The notes: generated by a model from the letters alone, not told the origin. A stretch of 64,000 nucleotides of DNA from Candidatus Spongiisociaceae bacterium (GCA_965202665.1 OZ241841.1:704001-768000); one strand, 5' to 3'. Numbered from the stretch's first letter, positions 50,868 to 60,546 are shown. Translations and numbers: made by a program.

Positions 50868-52024
50868 CCGCGCTGCCCCTGCCCACCCGGGAGGGGACGG
50901 TGGAGGTTTACCGGCTGGGGGGAACGGAACCCATCCGGGCGGAGCCTTCGCCCCCTCCGACCAGCCGGGCGGCCTTGGCGGCCGCCCATGTGGTGGCCGA
51001 CCCGCTGGGCGACCCGGTGGGGGCGGAGGCGATCGACTGGGAGGCCACCATGGCCTTTCGCCGTTTCCTGTGGTCGGTCGGTTTGGGGGTGGCGGAGGCG
51101 ATGGACACCGCCGGGCGGGGAATGGGCCTGCCCCCGGCGGCGGTGCGCACCCTGTTGAGCCGTTCCCTGGCCGAAGCCCGGGCGGTCGGAGGGCGGGTGG
51201 CGTGCGGAATCAACACCGACGATCTGGAGGAGGCGGAATGGTCGCTGCCGGAGGCCGCCGGGGCCTATTTGGATCAGTTGGCCTTCGTCCAGGAACGGGG
51301 AGGGTCGGCGGTGATGATGGCCAGCCGGGCGGCGGCGGCCTGCGCGACGGGGGCGGAAGATTACGCCCGGTTGTATCAGCGGGTGTTGGAAGAAGCGGAC
51401 CGTCCGGTGATTTTGCATTGGCTGGGACCGATGTTCGATCCGGCTTTGACCGGGTATTGGGGGTCGGCGGATCCGCATGAGGCGATGGAGTCGTTGCTGG
51501 GGATCGTGTCCGACAACGCTCAAGTGGTAGAAGGGGTGAAAATTTCCATGCTGGACGAAGAGTTGGAGGTGGAGTTCCGGCGGCGGCTGCCGGAGGGGGT
51601 GCGTTGCTTCACCGGCGACGACTTCAACTTTCCGACCCTGATCGCCGGGGACGACAGGGGGCACAGCGACGCCCTGCTGGGGATTTTCGACGGCATCGCC
51701 CCGGCGGCGGCGGCCGCGTTGCGGGCCTTGGACGGGGGGGACGAGGCCGGGTTTCACCGAATTTTGGCCCCGACCGTTCCCCTGTCCCGCCATATTTTCC
51801 AGGCCCCTACTTTCCATTACAAGACCGGGCTGGTGTTTTTGGCCTTTCTGAACGGGCATCAGGACCATTTCCGGATGGTGGGCGGGCAGGAGGGGGCCCG
51901 TTCCATCGTCCACCTGGCCGAGTTGGTGCGGCTGGCGGACGCGGCCGGGTTGCTTTCCGACCCGGATTTGGCCGCCCGCCGCATGCGGCCGGTGCTGGCC
52001 TGCGCCGGGGTGGCGGACCGGTGA
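50864..52024 (+). CDS. DUF993 family (DHDPS-like TIM barrel)
   Basis: AAAHVVADP, GVAEAMDT, HWLGPMFDP.L.GYWG, KISML, TGDDFN, YKTGLVFLA; GTG at 50864. Confidence 0.87.
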   Translation: MTALPLPTREGTVEVYRLGGTEPIRAEPSPPPTSRAALAAAHVVADPLGDPVGAEAIDWEATMAFRRFLWSVGLGVAEAMDTAGRGMGLPPAAVRTLLSRSLAEARAVGGRVACGINTDDLEEAEWSLPEAAGAYLDQLAFVQERGGSAVMMASRAAAACATGAEDYARLYQRVLEEADRPVILHWLGPMFDPALTGYWGSADPHEAMESLLGIVSDNAQVVEGVKISMLDEELEVEFRRRLPEGVRCFTGDDFNFPTLIAGDDRGHSDALLGIFDGIAPAAAAALRALDGGDEAGFHRILAPTVPLSRHIFQAPTFHYKTGLVFLAFLNGHQDHFRMVGGQEGARSIVHLAELVRLADAAGLLSDPDLAARRMRPVLACAGVADR

Positions 52025-52860
52025 CGGGCGGGGCGGACGGCATGGAACGGCTGAGCCTCAACCAGAAAACCACCGAGTTGTGGAGCGTGGCGGAGGCGGC
52101 GGCGGGGTGCGTACGGGCCGGGATAGGGTGGATCGGCTTGTGGCGGGAGCAGGTGCGGGCGGCGGGCGGGGCGGAGGCGGCGGGCCGGATAGTCCGGGAG
52201 GCCGGCCTGCGGACGTCGTCCTACTGCCGGGGGGGTTTTTTCACGGCTGACTCCGATGAAGGTTGGCGGCGGGCGGTGGAGGAAAACCGGCGGGTGGTGG
52301 AAGAGTCGGCGGCGATGGGCTGCGACACCGTGATTCTGGTGTGCGGGGGGGTTCGGGGTTCGGATCTGGACGGTTCCCGGCGGCAGGTGGAGGAGGGGAT
52401 TGCGGCGACGGCCCCCGCCGCGGCGGAAAGCGGGGTGCGTCTGGCTATTGAACCGTTGCATCCGATGTTCTGCGCCGACCGGTCGGTGATCGTCTCTTTG
52501 GAACAGTCGTTGGACATAGCCGAACGGTTTCCGGCGGAAACGGTGGGGGTGGCGGTGGACGTTTTCCATCTGTGGTGGGATCCGCGGGTGTGGGAGCAGA
52601 TCGAACGTGCCAGCGACCGGATTTTTTCCTACCAGGTGTGCGACTGGCTGGATCCGCTGCCCGATACGCTGCTGGGCCGGGGGATGATGGGCGACGGGGT
52701 GATAGATTTCCGCCGTTTCACGGAAGCGGTGGCCGCCGCCGGTTACACGGGCCCGGTGGAGGTGGAAATCTTCAACCAAGAAATCTGGAACCAACCCGGC
52801 GGCCAAGTGCTGGCCGAAATGGCGGACCGCTACCGCTCCCTGGTCGCCCCCTTTCTGTAA
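52021..52860 (+). CDS. Sugar-phosphate isomerase/epimerase (IolE/xylose-isomerase-like TIM barrel)
   Basis: LSLNQ, CRGGFF, EPLHPM, DVFHLWWD, QVCDW, EVEIFN. Confidence 0.9.
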   Translation: MTGGADGMERLSLNQKTTELWSVAEAAAGCVRAGIGWIGLWREQVRAAGGAEAAGRIVREAGLRTSSYCRGGFFTADSDEGWRRAVEENRRVVEESAAMGCDTVILVCGGVRGSDLDGSRRQVEEGIAATAPAAAESGVRLAIEPLHPMFCADRSVIVSLEQSLDIAERFPAETVGVAVDVFHLWWDPRVWEQIERASDRIFSYQVCDWLDPLPDTLLGRGMMGDGVIDFRRFTEAVAAAGYTGPVEVEIFNQEIWNQPGGQVLAEMADRYRSLVAPFL

Positions 52861-54141
52861 CTAGGGGAGTCGTTCTATCCGGGCCCCGAGGGCGGCGAGG
52901 CGGCCGTCGATGTTTTCATATCCCCGCTCGATCTGCTCCACGCGGTCGATGCGGCTTTGGCCTTCGGCGGCCAGGGCGGCTATCAGCAGGGCCATCCCCG
53001 CCCGGATGTCGGGGCTGGCCAGCGGGCTGGCCCGCAACGGGGTGGGGCCCAGCACCATCACCCGGTGCGGGTCGCACAGCACGACGCGGGCCCCCATCCC
53101 GATCAGGCGGTCCACGAAGAACATCCGCGATTCGAACATTTTCTCGTGAATCATTATGGAACCGGTGGCTTGGGTGGCGGCCACCACCGCGATGCTGGTC
53201 AGGTCGGCCGGGAAGGACGGCCACGGCCCGTCCTCAATTTTGGGCACCGCGTCCCCCAGGTCGGGGGAGACCATCAGGTTCTGATGAGCGCAGACCAGGG
53301 CGCTCCCGTCCGGTTGCAGGTGATAGTTGATGCCCAGGCGCTCCCAAGCCAAATCGATGGGCTTTATCTCATCGGGACGGATCCCCCCGATGGTGATTTC
53401 GGAGTCGGTTACGGCCGCCAGCACGATCATGCTGCCGATTTCGATATGGTCGGGGACGATTTCGTGTTCGCCGCCGCTCAACGACTCCACTCCTTCAACG
53501 GTGAGAATGTTGCTGCCGATGCCGGTGATGCGGGCCCCCAGGCTGTTGAGGAAATGACACAGGTCTTGAATGTGCGGCTCGCAGGCCGCGTTCTGAATGA
53601 CGGTGGTTCCCTTGGCTTTGGAGGCGGCCATAATCAGATTTTCGGTGGCGGTGACCGACGGTTCGTCCAAAAACACATCGGCGCCGAGGAGGGACTCCGC
53701 TTTGAAAGAATGTCCGTACGAGAAGTCGTAGCGGGCGCCGATGGCGGTCAGGCCGCGCACATGGGTGTCAATGCGACGGCGGCCGATCACATCCCCGCCG
53801 GGGGGCGGAATGGTTACTTCCCCAAACCGGGCCAGCAACGGTCCGGCCAGCAAAATGGAAGCCCGGATCACCCCCGCCAGCTTCGCCGACACCACCGGCG
53901 ATTCCACGTTCCCGGCGTCGATGACGATGGTCCCCCCGCCCCGGCGCTCCACCGTCGCCCCCATTTCTTCCAGAATGGCCAGCAAGGATTCCACATCCCC
54001 GATCATCGGCACGTTGCGCAAAGTGACCGGCCCCTCCGCCAGCAGGCAACCGGCGATAATGGGCAAGGCGGCGTTCTTGTTCCCCACCGGCTGAAAATGC
54101 CCGCTCAACCGAGCCGGCCCCTTAACCAAAAAACTAGACAT
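52861..54141 (-). CDS. murA: UDP-GlcNAc 1-carboxyvinyltransferase, Cys-to-Asp variant
   Basis: GNKNAALP, RASIL, PGGDVIGRR, SVTATEN, EPH, FPAD, DIRAG, RGYE. Confidence 0.96.
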   Translation of the reverse strand: MSSFLVKGPARLSGHFQPVGNKNAALPIIAGCLLAEGPVTLRNVPMIGDVESLLAILEEMGATVERRGGGTIVIDAGNVESPVVSAKLAGVIRASILLAGPLLARFGEVTIPPPGGDVIGRRRIDTHVRGLTAIGARYDFSYGHSFKAESLLGADVFLDEPSVTATENLIMAASKAKGTTVIQNAACEPHIQDLCHFLNSLGARITGIGSNILTVEGVESLSGGEHEIVPDHIEIGSMIVLAAVTDSEITIGGIRPDEIKPIDLAWERLGINYHLQPDGSALVCAHQNLMVSPDLGDAVPKIEDGPWPSFPADLTSIAVVAATQATGSIMIHEKMFESRMFFVDRLIGMGARVVLCDPHRVMVLGPTPLRASPLASPDIRAGMALLIAALAAEGQSRIDRVEQIERGYENIDGRLAALGARIERLP

Positions 54142-55976
54142 CAGCCACTCCCTAAGCCCAACTTGTCAGGATCCCATATTCTTTCACAAATCTGACGATA
54201 CAGGTCCTGACGTTCCTCTATATCAGACTTTGTAAAACCATCAGGATAAGGCTTAAATGGCAAACCGGTCTCCTCCATAAACCCACTAAAAGAAGGGTTA
54301 TTTTCATAAGCGAGTGGATGCAAAGATCGTGCCAATAAGTTCTGACTGTTATAGTGTTCTACCTTTTCTTCATATTTCTTTGCCCCATAACTCGCATTAA
54401 AATCCTTAGGTAGAAGGAGTAACGCCCCAAACCGGTTCCGGTAGCGAGCAAAGTCATCTGGGTTATCGAACTCATCCATATGTCGATCATATTTGTTCGC
54501 CCAAATGTGCTCCACCTCATATGGATTCTTGCGTTGCCAATCCACATACTCAGCAAATCTATCAGTATCTCCACACTCTGATTCAATCCAAGCAGTCATA
54601 CGGGATAACAAATATTTGATACGCGAGCGATTCTGACCATGAAGACCATAATCTTTCATAGTATCAAAAGAATCCGAAAGTTTAGCGACTTCCTCAGCCA
54701 AAATAACTCGTAAATTATTGGGCTCTTTATTACGGACATTCTTACTCAAAATAAACATATGGTAAACAATAGTCGAATAACCATAATTTCTATTATTGAC
54801 TATACGTCTTGCAATATAGAGATCAATATAACTAGCGACTAAACGAGTCTTTTGCTTAAAGATCTCTTCATCATCGTCTGGCGTAACAGTAGCTAAAATA
54901 GGTAGATATTGAAGAGTAATACCTACCGTGGCATTGTAAAATACATGCTCAAAGCCAGGTGTTAATGTCCAACTGGCCTTCAGGAGCTGTTTATAACGAT
55001 GACTCATTTGCACAAAATCACGGTTGATAAAACTCTTATAGTCGCTGGAATGATGAAGTCCTATCCTTTCATTATTATCCCGAACCCACTTGTGGAAGGC
55101 AGTACCAATGATATCAAAATCGCCCGAAACTGCATCCTTTTTACGTTCCCGAATAGTATCAGCATATTGCCCTCGAAGCCAATGCTTTAGAAAATCTGAG
55201 TCTGCATTCTTGTCAAGATCAGATAATTCAGTAATACGGTTACGCCATATCTGATTGGCTTTCTCAATTTGCTGAGAATCCTCAATTCTATTCAATAAAA
55301 GTCCCTTTAACATATCCGTATTAGATAAACGCATGCCGCGGTCATTCATAGTTTCAAATACTTCCAAAGCCATTTCCTGATCAGCTGTACCAATTTCCAC
55401 TAATACAACCATCTCTAGTAGCCAATCAATAAAATATGCTAGAGGTTCACCCTTTAGTTCTTCGGGAAAATGCTCCACTATATTCTGAGATTGCTCCCAA
55501 ATATTACGAATGGATTGGGGTTTTCCATCAGAATCAAAGAATGAAGAGCCATCCAAAATAGCAAACATAACTTCTTTACGCTCATCCACATCTATATTGA
55601 ACGTACGAGATCCAAACCGCTGTGAATAAACAAAGTTCTTCACACTTTCCGTATCTTCCGCCTCTTTAGACAAGTGCTCAAGATGGATTAACAGCAAGGT
55701 TAATGTTGTAAGCCGCTGTTGTCCATCTATTATATAACGAGTTCCTTCAGAGAGATTGGTAATTATTGGTCCGAGGAAGTAGTAACGATAAGAAGCGACC
55801 TTGTGCCTCTCATCATCCTTCACATATTCGCCCAGAAAACGGGTAGCGAGATCATCCAGCAACTCAACCACATTGGACTCCGTCCAAGTGTATTCACGCT
55901 GGTAGTACTCTATTCCATACTTACGGCCCGTGAACAACTCACGCAAAGTCCTCACCGTACCATCTAAATCCGACAT
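54141..55976 (-). CDS. GmrSD-family (DUF262 + DUF1524/HNH) type IV restriction endonuclease
   Basis: YQREYTW, IIDGQQRLTT, FETMNDRG, EVEHIW, GALLLL...N; low GC. Confidence 0.9.
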   Translation of the reverse strand: MSDLDGTVRTLRELFTGRKYGIEYYQREYTWTESNVVELLDDLATRFLGEYVKDDERHKVASYRYYFLGPIITNLSEGTRYIIDGQQRLTTLTLLLIHLEHLSKEAEDTESVKNFVYSQRFGSRTFNIDVDERKEVMFAILDGSSFFDSDGKPQSIRNIWEQSQNIVEHFPEELKGEPLAYFIDWLLEMVVLVEIGTADQEMALEVFETMNDRGMRLSNTDMLKGLLLNRIEDSQQIEKANQIWRNRITELSDLDKNADSDFLKHWLRGQYADTIRERKKDAVSGDFDIIGTAFHKWVRDNNERIGLHHSSDYKSFINRDFVQMSHRYKQLLKASWTLTPGFEHVFYNATVGITLQYLPILATVTPDDDEEIFKQKTRLVASYIDLYIARRIVNNRNYGYSTIVYHMFILSKNVRNKEPNNLRVILAEEVAKLSDSFDTMKDYGLHGQNRSRIKYLLSRMTAWIESECGDTDRFAEYVDWQRKNPYEVEHIWANKYDRHMDEFDNPDDFARYRNRFGALLLLPKDFNASYGAKKYEEKVEHYNSQNLLARSLHPLAYENNPSFSGFMEETGLPFKPYPDGFTKSDIEERQDLYRQICERIWDPDKLGLGSG

Positions 55977-55983
55977 AATCTAC

Positions 55984-57336
55984 CTATCGAAACAGAACTT
56001 CCAAGTCATCAGGATTATGATCGAAGTATTTCAATAAATACCTGGCGAACTCTGGAATCTTTTTCCCCCCCCAAGTAGAAACAAAATATTTTGAGTTTCC
56101 AATTCTTCGGGGGTTCCTCACCTCTGCCTCGTTGTTCGATATTAGCACCCTACCTCCGCTAGATGCAATTTGCCCAAATTCATTTGAGTAAATTGCATGT
56201 AAATATTTAGCTACATTTTCCATAACATCCGCCCAATATTTAATATTCATACCCTCACCAGCCAACAGCATACCTGTAGGTTTACTAGTTAGTTGATTGA
56301 CTAGTTGTGAAGATCTCGTCCTTATCTTTAAATCTGAACGATGGTAACCAAAATGCTCTAGTAATCGATAAGAATCCTCTATTAGATGCTTTGCCGCCTT
56401 TTTGATCTTGAAATAAATATCTGTGGATCCAGCTCGATAATAGTCTCTAGACTGCTTTCGATCAAGATTACGTTTAATGCTTCCGATTGTGGTTATTGTA
56501 TCAAAAGCAGTCTCGTTTCTAGCAACAAGACCATCTATAACGCATCTAAGCACATCTGTATTGCTCCGAACGGATTGCTCTTTTCCCCATAAACTTATTT
56601 TAGATGGTTTAGAAAAACTTTGCAAGGGTTTATCCTTTTTAGTTCCAGATTCATGAGTCCGTGGTAAACTTGTTACCGGAGATACTGAGGTTCCTATGAG
56701 GACAGAAGTTACTTGTTTGCTGGTGGGACGGAGATTAGTTTTTTCATATACGCGTTTGCTTACCAGTTCAATCAGCTCCTCGTCGTGGTCGGTTAGCATC
56801 CCGCGCCAGATGGCGGGGACCTCTTTGTCCAAGTGTTCGGCCTCCCGGCGGGCTTTTAGGACCTGCTTGGCCTTTTTCACCGCCTCTCCGTTCACTAGCG
56901 GCTCTCGTCCGAGGAAGGCCTCGAAATCCACAGCCAACTGCTCTACTGGGTCTTTTTTGAGACGCAACTCGGCGAAACGGCGCTCTGGGAACAGATAATC
57001 CGTCTCAGCTGGCAGGTACAGCCACCACTCCAAGCCGGTAGTCAACGCGCAAATGTTCGCCCCCTCTTGGAAGGCGTAGTTGAGGACCTGCTCAACATGA
57101 TCGTCCAAGCTATGGCCGGGAGCCTTCGCTTCGATGAAAGCGGCTACCCCCCTTGGCCCTTTCAAGGCGGCATCCACCCGGCCTTTGCTCCGGCCCACCG
57201 AGTACTCCCAATGGACGTCGTAGGTCTGCCAGCCCAAGTCCTGCAGAATGGGCACCAGAATCCACATCTTGGCCGTCTCTTCGTTGGCTGGTGCAGATAG
57301 CGTGCGGATGGTTTCCAGAGTTTCGCGGAGGGGCAT
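55984..57336 (-). CDS. HsdR_N-type PD-(D/E)XK nuclease with two tandem C-terminal putative DNA-reader domains
   Basis: NEETAK...ILQDLGW, EY...RVD, FIEAK, QVLNYA, LTTGLEW; two related C-terminal units starting SKPSKI and SKPTGM. Confidence 0.8.
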   Translation of the reverse strand: MPLRETLETIRTLSAPANEETAKMWILVPILQDLGWQTYDVHWEYSVGRSKGRVDAALKGPRGVAAFIEAKAPGHSLDDHVEQVLNYAFQEGANICALTTGLEWWLYLPAETDYLFPERRFAELRLKKDPVEQLAVDFEAFLGREPLVNGEAVKKAKQVLKARREAEHLDKEVPAIWRGMLTDHDEELIELVSKRVYEKTNLRPTSKQVTSVLIGTSVSPVTSLPRTHESGTKKDKPLQSFSKPSKISLWGKEQSVRSNTDVLRCVIDGLVARNETAFDTITTIGSIKRNLDRKQSRDYYRAGSTDIYFKIKKAAKHLIEDSYRLLEHFGYHRSDLKIRTRSSQLVNQLTSKPTGMLLAGEGMNIKYWADVMENVAKYLHAIYSNEFGQIASSGGRVLISNNEAEVRNPRRIGNSKYFVSTWGGKKIPEFARYLLKYFDHNPDDLEVLFR

Positions 57337-57413
57337 CTTGCCTCGGTTTGGGTTGCTGGGAATAGTGTAGCAGTTCCCCGGTAGGCGGGCGGGTGGTTTA
57401 GGCTTGGGTTGCT

Positions 57414-59180
57414 ATGAGCGTAATGTCCGATCTCAGCGCCGCCCTGGGGGCCGCGTTCGCCGAGTTGGGGTTTGACCCGGCGTACGGGTCGACGGTGGCC
57501 TCCAACCGGCCCGACTTGGGGCAGTTCCAATGCAACGGGGCCCTGCCCGCCGCCAAAACCGCCGGGCGCAACCCCCGGGAAGTGGCCGAACAGGTCGTAA
57601 CCCGCCTCGCCGGCGACCACCGGCTGGCGGAAGCGTCCGTGGCCGGGCCGGGTTTCATCAACCTGGCGCTCACCGACGCCGCCCTGGCCAAATATGCGAA
57701 CCGGTTGGCGGCCGACCCGGAGCGGGTGGGGGCGCCGCTGGTGGAAACGCCCCTCAGCGTGGTAGTGGACTACGCCGGGCCCAACGTGGCCAAAGCCATG
57801 CACGTCGGGCACCTGCGCTCCACCATCATCGGCGACAGCCTGAAACGGCTGTTCCGCTTCCAAGGGCATCGGGTGTGGGGGGACGCCCACTTCGGGGACT
57901 GGGGACTGCAGATGGGGATGTTGATCGTGGCCGCCCGGCAACGGCTCCCCCATCTCCCCTACTTCGACCCCGGCAGCTCCGGCCCCTACCCCGCCGAACC
58001 CCCGGTCGCCCTGGCCGACCTGCAGGAATGGTATCCGCAAATAGCCGCCGCCGTGGAACAGGACGAGGAAACGGCGGACGCCGCCCGGCAGGCCACCGGC
58101 GAACTGCAGGCGGGCCGCCCCGGGTACCTGGCCCTGTGGAAACATTTCGTGGAAGTGTCCCGCCGCTCCCAGAAACAGGACTTCGCCGACCTGGGCGTGG
58201 AATTCGACCTGTGGTACGGGGAAAGCGATGTGCGGGACCGCCTCGCCCCCCTGGTGGAACGCGCCTTGGGCGAAGGGGCCGTCCGGGAACCCGACGGGGC
58301 GGTGGTCATAGAAGTGTCGGAACTGGACGACAAAACCGAAATCCCCCCGCTGGTCATCCAAACCTCGCGCGGGGCCTACCTCTACTCCACCACCGACTTG
58401 GCCACCATCGGGCATCGCACCGAAGAGTTGGGGGCCGACCTGATCCTGTACGTGGTGGACGCCCGCCAGTCCCACCATTTCACCCAAGTGTTCCGGGCGG
58501 CCCGCCGCATCGGGATGGCGGGCCGAACCCGAATGGAGCACATCCCGTTCGGGACGATGAACGGCAAAAACGGCAAGCCGTACAAAACCAGGACCGGGGA
58601 GGTGCTGGCCTTGCAGGACCTTATCCAACTGGTGGCCGATGAAGCCCGCCGCCGCCTGGACGAATCGGACTTGGCAGCCGGCTACCCGCCTGCGGAAAGA
58701 GACGAAATCGCCCGCCAGGTCGGTTTGGCCGCCCTCAAATTCGGGGACTTGATCAATAACCGGGCCTCCAACTACATTTTCCAACCGAAGCGGTTCACTT
58801 CCCTGGAAGGCAAAACGGGCCCCTACCTGCAGATGGCAGCGGTGCGGATGGCCTCCATCCTGGCCAAAGCGGCCGACCGCGACCTGGAGGCGGGAACCGT
58901 AACCGCCCCCGCCGTCGACCCGGAACGGCGCCTGTGGCTGCATCTGCTGGCCCTGCCGGAAACCATCAACCGGGCGGCGGAACTGCGGGCCCCCAACCAA
59001 ATAGCCGAATACGCCTACGACCTGGCCGCCCTGTTCAGCTCCTTCTACGAAACCTGCCACATACTGACCGAACCCGACCCGGAGCAACGCGCCTCCTGGC
59101 TGAGCCTGACATCCGTCGTCCGCCGCGCCCTGGAACTGTTGCTGGACCTGCTGGGAATCGAAATACCCGCCCGGATGTAA
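57414..59180 (+). CDS. argS: Arginine--tRNA ligase
   Basis: DYAGPNVAKAMHVGHLRSTIIGD, GDWGLQ, KPYKTR, GKTGPYL, GIEIPARM. Confidence 0.97.
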   Translation: MSVMSDLSAALGAAFAELGFDPAYGSTVASNRPDLGQFQCNGALPAAKTAGRNPREVAEQVVTRLAGDHRLAEASVAGPGFINLALTDAALAKYANRLAADPERVGAPLVETPLSVVVDYAGPNVAKAMHVGHLRSTIIGDSLKRLFRFQGHRVWGDAHFGDWGLQMGMLIVAARQRLPHLPYFDPGSSGPYPAEPPVALADLQEWYPQIAAAVEQDEETADAARQATGELQAGRPGYLALWKHFVEVSRRSQKQDFADLGVEFDLWYGESDVRDRLAPLVERALGEGAVREPDGAVVIEVSELDDKTEIPPLVIQTSRGAYLYSTTDLATIGHRTEELGADLILYVVDARQSHHFTQVFRAARRIGMAGRTRMEHIPFGTMNGKNGKPYKTRTGEVLALQDLIQLVADEARRRLDESDLAAGYPPAERDEIARQVGLAALKFGDLINNRASNYIFQPKRFTSLEGKTGPYLQMAAVRMASILAKAADRDLEAGTVTAPAVDPERRLWLHLLALPETINRAAELRAPNQIAEYAYDLAALFSSFYETCHILTEPDPEQRASWLSLTSVVRRALELLLDLLGIEIPARM

Positions 59181-59195
59181 CCATCCGCCCAGCCG

Positions 59196-59858
59196 TCACG
59201 CCCACTCCGGCGGACGGCGATATTCCTGCCCATTATCCCCCGTCACCACCTCCGGCAACTGCGATCTCCCAAAAGCGCCCTTGGGAAAATGAGCCACGCC
59301 CGAAGCCGCTTTTTTTAAAGTAGCCACCTGCCGGCCGGGAGGAGGAGTGACGATCACCTCCTTCCCCAACCTGCCCACCACATGCTTCACCGCTGGTACA
59401 AAGTCGGCGTCGCCGCTCATCAAAAACGCTTTTTCGTATAACCCCTCATACGCATCGGCCACCATGTTTACGCCGAGAGCGACGTCGGTCATCTTCTCCT
59501 GGGTGCGTCTATCCGGGCGTTTGTACTCCAGGCAACGGAGTATGTCACCGCAGTACGAGCAGTGCTGAGGCGCCCTCATGGCGAACTTTCCGTAAATCAC
59601 CTCCACACCCGCGTGCGAGGTAAGAGCTCCCAGGTAGATTGCCTGGCGAGTGTTCGAGTCTTGGGGTCCGCGCCGCCTGGCAGTGAAATACTTAACCGCC
59701 GCCAGAACTTCTCCCGGTTCCAGGAGCTTGGCGAACAACGCCCGCAAATCAAGCCAGAAGAACCTTCGCCAGCCTTTGGACTTCAATCCGTAGTAGACGT
59801 TGTACCCATCCACGTACCCGACAACAGGGGATGGACTTGACAGGTTTGTATTGGTCAT
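59196..59858 (-). CDS. NYN (LabA/DUF88, PIN-like) ribonuclease
   Basis: YVDGYN, EKMTD and SGDADF acidic motifs intact; HCSYC insert; RBS AAGGAG. Confidence 0.9.
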   Translation of the reverse strand: MTNTNLSSPSPVVGYVDGYNVYYGLKSKGWRRFFWLDLRALFAKLLEPGEVLAAVKYFTARRRGPQDSNTRQAIYLGALTSHAGVEVIYGKFAMRAPQHCSYCGDILRCLEYKRPDRRTQEKMTDVALGVNMVADAYEGLYEKAFLMSGDADFVPAVKHVVGRLGKEVIVTPPPGRQVATLKKAASGVAHFPKGAFGRSQLPEVVTGDNGQEYRRPPEWA

Positions 59859-60050
59859 CTATGCTTCTCCTTAGAACTGCGCCATAGGTATATCCTGTGG
59901 TCAAAACGGCCCGCCATTCGTGGCGGGTCGTTTCTATGTGGGGTCGCACCAACCTTGGCCTCAAAGCCGCCGCAACGGTTCCGGGCCGGGATGTAACCTT
60001 CTTGTGACCCCTTGCGCTTGATTATAGGGTCGGACCAGGTCATACCTGGT
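59859..60050 (-). ncRNA. Candidate structured leader/antitoxin RNA module, copy 1
   Basis: TATAAT (60026-60021), outer stem ggggtcgca/tgtgacccc, terminator-like hairpin 59903-59933, hairpin 59882-59900; conserved in three copies. Confidence 0.6.
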
Positions 60051-60327
60051 ACACCGCGACAGAGCACGGTCGGGCGTAAGCGGGCGGGGTGGATCAGAGG
60101 GGGAGGGGGGCGGTAGGGCCAGATGAAACCGGCCAGCCAGGGGCCGTACAGCAGGGCCGGAGCGTGCTCCCACCAACGGGGAGGGGCGAATTGCCGCACC
60201 AGCCACAGCAAAGGAACCCCCGCCGCCAGAGCCCGCCGACGCTCCGCTCCGGGCCATCAGGGACAACTGATCGGGAATCAAGCCGAACAGGTCGGAGAAA
60301 GAAACCAGGCGCCGGGCGAACCCGGCT

Positions 60328-60546
60328 ATCGGAATGGCCGGTTGAACCCAAATGGAGCACATCCAGTTCGGGACGATGAGCGGCAAAAACGGCAAGCCGC
60401 ACAAAACCAGAGCCGGGCATCTGCTGGCCCGGCCGGAAACCATCGAACGGGCGGCGGAACCGCGGGCCCCCAACCAAATAGCCGAATACGCCTACGACCT
60501 GGCCGCCCTGTTCAGATCCTTCTTCGAAATACCCGCCCGGATGTAA
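60328..60546 (+). pseudogene. argS: argS 3' remnant, copy 2 (internal deletions)
   Basis: MEHIQFGTMSGKNGKPHKTR|LLARPETI..PNQIAEYAYDLAALF|EIPARM. Confidence 0.9.
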
